Part shown: in pieces, positions 58,275 to 64,000 of the stretch | Position numbering within the stretch: the first letter of the stretch is position 1 | Layout of the letters: every line of letters starts with the position of its first letter | Notes under the pieces: model-generated | Told to the model about the DNA's origin: nothing | What the model saw: the letters and a program-made list of their open reading frames with translations, nothing else | Databases searched by the model: none | Assembly: GCA_051294375.1 (NCBI GenBank) | Contig: CM119267.1 | Coordinates: forward strand, 4,633,885-4,697,884 | Length of the DNA stretch: 64,000 bases | Direction: 5' to 3' | Source: Paraspadella gotoi | Taxonomy: Eukaryota; Animalia; Chaetognatha | Program-made: the position numbers and the translations under genes

Positions 58275-61200
58275 ATGGCCGATGACGCCGGACTCAAGCA
58301 GATGATCAACAATTTACGCAGCACCGAACTTCAGTTGTTGTTAGGTGCGTAAATTCGTCTGTTAATCGGAATAGTTCTCCTTTACGACTTTTCTTAGATT
58401 AGCGAAAAAAAAAAAAGAAAAACATTTTGTTTACTTTTTAAATGCCATTATTCTTGATTATCATCGCAACTCGCAAAATCGTAATCCATTCTCCGCCATA
58501 AGAATTCGCCGGAAAACGCAAAACGGGGTCCAAGTCGGACCTTTTGCAAAGAGCGCTCGTCCTTTCGAGAAACTCCACCGCCGAAGTGAAACAAAAAGTG
58601 GTAGAGCTCTTCAAGTCGCGAGTCCGAAGTCGAGAATCCCCCAAGACGTAAGACCGCCACTTTCGAGGGACTTGATACATATTGTTCCCTTTTCTCCATC
58701 GTTTCGTTTTCCCTCCCGGTTCTGCGTTTTCCTCCACGGAACGTCAGCGTTTCTTCGTCCAAGGAGAATCCCCAAACTTCGGCCGGTAACTTGGCTCCAC
58801 GCCCAAGCACCACGAATATGGATAACATGGGTAAAAGTCGCACTCTCTCTCTCGGGTTTTTTTTCTTTTTCTCTCCAAATTATTTCTCCGTCTTTCCTTC
58901 AGCGAGATTTCTCTCCTCTCTTCTTTGAAGGTTACGGATCGAGAATGTCCTCTTCCTCCCGTTCGTCGTCTTCGTCGCGATCGTCGCGACCGGATTCGTC
59001 GTACGCTTCGTCCCGGGCCGCCGCGTCGTCGTCGTCGTCGCGGCAGACTTATATCAATCCCGCGGCGCCCCATTCCAATTCCTACGTCGTCGATCCGAAG
59101 CACTACGACTCGCTCAAGGCCGGACTGTTAAGGTGGACAGTTGTGTTCTCTTTTGCCTTTTGGGGGCTCCTTTTCTGTCAATTAATTAATTAATATTTTA
59201 GAAATTTTAATTTAATTTTTAATTTCATGAAATCATTCGTATGTGAATTCAGTACAATAAACAATCCTCACCCGAGCGTCAAGATGCGACGCCTTCCTTT
59301 CTACGATCACCTGGGGGAACTTCTTAAACCCACGCCGCTGCTCGCGAAAGGCCAGACGAGAATTCAGGACGACAAGGGAGTAAAGAAGCAGATCTCCGAG
59401 ACATACTTCATCTTCAACTTGACCACCCAACAAGCTCAAGTGAAAAAAAGAGAAAAAAAAATAACGATTATTAAACTATGGTTATTACATTTTTTTTTAT
59501 CGTTTCCAGGAAATTGCTATGTCTCGTGATCTGCGACCCGCGGCCAAGATGGAATACACCGTCCAAGTACAAATGCGATTTTGTCTGGCCGACAGTTCGC
59601 AGGAGCAGGACGACAACTTTCCCAACTCCATCGCCGTCAGAGTCAACGGCAAAATGGCTCCTCTTCCGGTAAAGATAAAAGGGACAGCTTTTAGAGAATG
59701 AATTTTTTTTTTTTGCTTCACCGAAGCTCATGGTTCCGATTTATTTATGTCGAGATTTGCTGGACTCTCATCGTTCTACTCTAGATAATTCTATAAATTG
59801 ATCGCTTTTATTTTCCCCACTATTTTTTCCCTAGAACCCGATTCCCAGTAATCGACCCGGAGTGGAACCGAAGAGACCCTCTCGCCCCGTTAGCATCACT
59901 CCATTGGTTCGACTCTCGCCGACGGTGCCCAACCGGATCGACGTCAGCTGGGTATGTCTTTCTCATTCTACTTTTTAACTCGCGGGACAGATAACCACGT
60001 TGGGTCTCCGTCAGGCCGCCGAATCGGGAAAGACGCACTGCATCAAGGTGGACTTGGTGAAGCGCGTTACCTCCGAGACTCTCATGGAACGACTGAGAGC
60101 CAAAGGCGCCAGTCATCCTGACCACACCCGCACCATGATCCAGAAGAAGATGTCGAGTGACAACGACAACGATATCGCCCTCGACACCCTCAAAGTATCG
60201 ATTCAGGTTAGAGGGTTTCTCTCTATTTTTTACTCAATAATTCCAAATCGGACCGTCTATGTAGTATATTGGTAAAAATTGTCTTCTGTCCGGTGATTTT
60301 TCTACTGCATACCGCGCTTATTTCATCTTTTTTTTCCCTCGTTCCCCCTTTTCCTCTTTTTTCAGTGCCCTCTCTCAAGAGTGCGCATCCAAATACCCTG
60401 TCGGCCCACGACCTGCTCCCACGTTCAGTGCTTCGACGCGATGATCTTCCTCCAGATGAACGAGAGAAAAGCGACGTGGGTCTGTCCCGTCTGCGACAAA
60501 TCCGCCCATTTCGACGTTCTCGCCATAGACGGGTCGGTTATTTGAAGGGGGGGGAGGCGGCCAAAAACAAAACACTAACTTTACCTTCATTTCCCCTCCT
60601 CCCTCTTCTTCTTTTCCAAAGGTATTTCGCCGAGGTAGTGAATTCAGCGGCTCTTGACGTAACCGACATTTGTTTATCCGAAGACGGGAGTTGGGAGCCC
60701 GTGAAGATGGGATCGAAGAAAGACAGCCACAAGTATGACTCGGTCGTGGGTTCACCCCCATGAAATATTGACTTTTCTGATAATCTCGTTCATGGATCAC
60801 TCTTGTGTATCAGGAACAACGACTCAAACGCGGTCGCCAAGCCAAGTTCTAGTCGGTCGTCTCCCGTCGTTACATCGACCTCGAGCGCGGCGACGACTAA
60901 CGGCGGGTCCCATCTTACAAACGGAGCCGAACCGGGTAAAGAGAACTCAAATGGACCCGAATTGTGTTGCCTCGTCTGGATTTAATTTCTCTTTTTTCTC
61001 TCTCTAATTAGCGGCCGGAACCAAGCGAAAAGTCGTCGCCGTCGATTTGACTCTCTCGGACTCTGACGACGACGACGACAATTCCGCTTCGAGACCGCCT
61101 CCCGCCAAACGGCCCGCCCACTCCGGCAGCCAGTCGTCCGTGGGTCATTCCGCCGCCCACTCTATCAACCACCCTATCTCTCACTCCAGCAGCCACGCCG

Positions 61201-61881
61201 CCTCCCACAGCTCATCGACGCGGCTTGCAACGGGAACTTCCTCGCAAGACCGACTCGTGAGCGCCTCGGCAGCGTCGGCGATGCCAATCATGTCCTCCGC
61301 GCAGCAGCACCAGCAGATGCACGGGGTACCTTATCCGGTTTCCGGTCCCACGCCAGTCGCCCTCACGGCCAACCAAACTGTGCAGCATTACATACCAGGT
61401 TAATGGCCTCAATAGCGAGATATAACTTTTTTTAATTTTATCTTAAATTTATTTTTCTCTTTACAAAGGTATGCCCATCGGGTACCCTTATGGATCTCCC
61501 TCGGGACCGTCCGTCGCGATATCGACCAGCGCCTCCAACATGCCAGGCTCTGGTTTTCCCATAAATTACGGGATTCCATCTCAAAATCCCAACTGCCTAG
61601 ACTTATCGTCATACCCTGCCAACGTGCTTGATTATTTGAGCAGTCATCCGTGAGTTTAGGGGGGGTGGGGGAAATCGTAGGTCGTGGTACTTGACTAACA
61701 TAGTTATAGTTTATAGCAAACCAATGATGAAGGTGAATGACTAATGTATGATCGTCGTTCTCGCCCCAATCCATTCGGTTTCAGTCGCAGCGGAAAATCG
61801 GCGGCGGATTTGGCGTCGCAGCGAAGTCGCGGCTCCGGCGCGCCGAACGCGGCGCCGCCGGACGTCGTCACCCTGGATTGA
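58275..61881 (+). CDS. PIAS: PIAS-family SUMO E3 ligase (SAP, PINIT, SP-RING, SIMs)
   Basis: [77 protein letters not shown]...[26 protein letters not shown] and the family C-terminus PDVVTLD-TGA (61879-61881). Confidence 0.95.
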
Positions 61882-62516
61882 CTAGACAGACGCGCAAGCG
61901 GCGGCTCGACTGGTTCTCGGGAGCAGACGCCGGCTCTCCCCGGCGGCGTTTATGACGGAAAGGCGATCTCGACGACGACCACCACTTCGACAACGATGGC
62001 CACCTTGACGGTTAATTCCACTACCACTACGACGTTTACTTCGACGACGACGACGACACCCACTACGATGACCACGAAAGAAACTACCTCGGTGCCCCAA
62101 ACAACTACGACAACCACCTCTTCCATCTCCTCATCGACTACAACGAAAATGGCAAAAACGAAAACCTCTAAAAAAGTCAAGTCGAGCAAAAGAATCGCCA
62201 AACCGACTGAAACTAAAAACGCCACTCAAAAGCGAGATCGACGGAGAGGAACGGTAGAACCCAAACCCTCTGCTTCTCCACCAGCCAGTCACGCCGGGTA
62301 AGAGAAATTTAGCTTGGAAGATGAGATTCGTCCGATTTTTTTAACGCTGTCATTTCGATCGAATTTTCAAGGGCTGCATCAGGGTCTCTGTCGAACCCAA
62401 GACGACAGAGGCAATCGTCCCTGGTGGCCCAATCAAAAATCAAAACCTTGCTACGCGACGACCCGGTAATCGACGATGACAGCGAGGACGACGACGACGA
62501 CGACCCAAAAATGTGA
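61882..62516 (+). CDS. Putative stop-codon-readthrough extension of PIAS (segments 61882-62297 and 62372-62516)
   Basis: The stop context is TGA-CTAG. The frame stays open to a GT donor at 62298, and the GT-AG intron 62298-62371 preserves frame into an exon ending DDPVIDDDSEDDDDDDPKM*. Confidence 0.6.
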
Positions 62517-63388
62517 AGACGGCTTATTGACCAATCTGTGTTATTGTTAGGCATAAAACTCCACTAGTCCATGAATTGGAACTATCGATCCTTATGTCGC
62601 GGACTGCTTGTATCATTTAAAAACATTGCCTAATAAATTGGATGAATTTTCTTCGTTTTGTCTCGTTCTTTTCTTGTTTCCCCCCTCTGCCGCCCCCTCC
62701 CCCTTCTTTATCCATCTCTTCTCCCACTCTCCCCACTCATCGTTTGCTCCGTAGAGTTGAGTTCCCAGTCTCGATATCCGCTCGTTGCCGAGAGTTTGTT
62801 TCGCGAGCGTTCCCATTCGTTTCCTTTTGGTGCTGCGATTTGTGGAAAGCGATCAAAAGAAGTTACTAGTTACTTTTTTTTTTAGTAACAACTATTTGTC
62901 GAACAGATGGTGACAGCAACGTATACCACTAAAACCTTCGTTTTAGCTAATAATGGTGGAGCGGGGAGAACCCACCCCTCCGGCCCTCGGTTTCGTAATT
63001 AACGACGTTGACAGTATACTTCCCGTTATTATTTTTGGGTTTCATCCACTCGCTTATTATTATTATCATTGATTTAACTATCATTTTGTTTTTAAGCAAG
63101 TTACGTGTATCTAGAAAAAAAAAACACTTTAGTTTCGATTTACTATGCGTTTTTCTTTTAAAATATGTTTGTCCAGAAGAGGGCTTCTGGGATTCCGTTT
63201 AGCAGTTATGAAGTGAAATCCCTGGATTTTGAATCACTGATTGTTAAAGTGCCATCTGGAATATCATCTTTCTCGCTCTAATTGCTTTTCAGATGTAACG
63301 GAACTTCTCGCAGCCATGAATTTTTCATGACTAAAAGTCATTAAGAAAAAAAGGAAAAACATGAAACTTTAAGTTACAACAATGAACC

Positions 63389-63917
63389 ATGGCAACTCGA
63401 ACAATGTTCCTCGTTTTAATTGTTTGCCATGTTTTTCTAGTCGACTCATTCAGTGCCTCTCCGTCTCGTTCGACCAACGGTGACATATCGCGGAAAATAA
63501 AAAAGCCTAAGGTAAGGACTTATCAGTTCTCGAGAGAGGAGATGTATTTCACTTACTAATTCGGATGGATGGGTTTTGCGACCGATCCCCCCTAAGTTGA
63601 CCATTCAGTCGAGTTCCTCTTCCCCTTATTTTTTCCTTCAGATTTACGACAACTTCCGCACTTGCGTTGAGACTTCGAAATGCGAAAAGCTGTCGCCAGC
63701 AAAATGTTTCGGATCTCCGCTCAAGTACACCCACACGGCAGTCGGCAAATTTGTGCCGACAAGCGAGGCCGAATGGGGCGCCGCCTCGCAGGACGAGGCC
63801 CACGAAAAGCTCAAGAAATGGGCCAAGCATTTGAAACCCTTTCCCGCTTGCTGGAAGAAAGTGCAGCCTTTCCTCTGCGCCATGTATCTACCTCCTTGCG
63901 TCAACGATACTGTGCAG
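63389..63917 (+). CDS. SMO: Smoothened, first two coding exons (signal peptide and CRD); continues beyond the window
   Basis: Exon 63389-63511 encodes MATRTMFLVLIVCHVFLVDSFSA. Exon 63642-63917 encodes CEKLSPAKCFGSPLKYTHT...SQDEAHEKLKKW...CWKKVQPFLCAMYLPPCVND, matching the Smoothened cysteine-rich domain. Confidence 0.88.
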
Positions 63918-64000
63918 GTAAACCGTAAAGGAAACGCTTTCCTAGAAAGCTTCAAGTCGAAACAAATTTAGCAATATATGATCGATTGAGCCGAGACTTA

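Noticed and set aside
61879-61881. Selenocysteine decoding of the PIAS TGA
   Set aside because: The TGA is at the family's normal C-terminus rather than a catalytic Cys position, and I could not identify a SECIS. The CUAG context explains it better.

Overview
This is eukaryotic DNA from an invertebrate animal, with GC-rich exons and short AT-rich introns. I see no prokaryotic features. Bases 1-20205 are the 3' part of an axonemal dynein heavy chain gene (DNAH10-like, + strand). Its two largest introns each hold an antisense nested gene: an unrecognised Tyr/Gly/Pro- and Ala/Glu-rich protein with a degenerate C-type-lectin-like core, and a Ki-67-like gene with an intronless CDS encoding an FHA domain and about 25 copies of an 18-aa repeat. 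From about 21 kb to the end are 13 consecutive + strand genes: PAR-bZIP, CRYZL1, SLC35F5, RPS7, SPOP, a kinase-less Mad3/BubR1, LONP1, a membrane-anchored torsin, LUC7L3, an acidic/basic nuclear protein, INTS12, PIAS and the start of Smoothened. The most notable signals are: (1) the PIAS stop is TGA-CTAG, followed by an in-frame, intron-containing extension of about 187 aa, which suggests programmed readthrough; (2) an operon-like run of genes 180-430 bp apart with unpaired splice acceptors before the ATGs; (3) a possible CUG-initiated N-terminal extension of SPOP. All gene names come from my recognition of family motifs after manual exon assembly; no database search was run.
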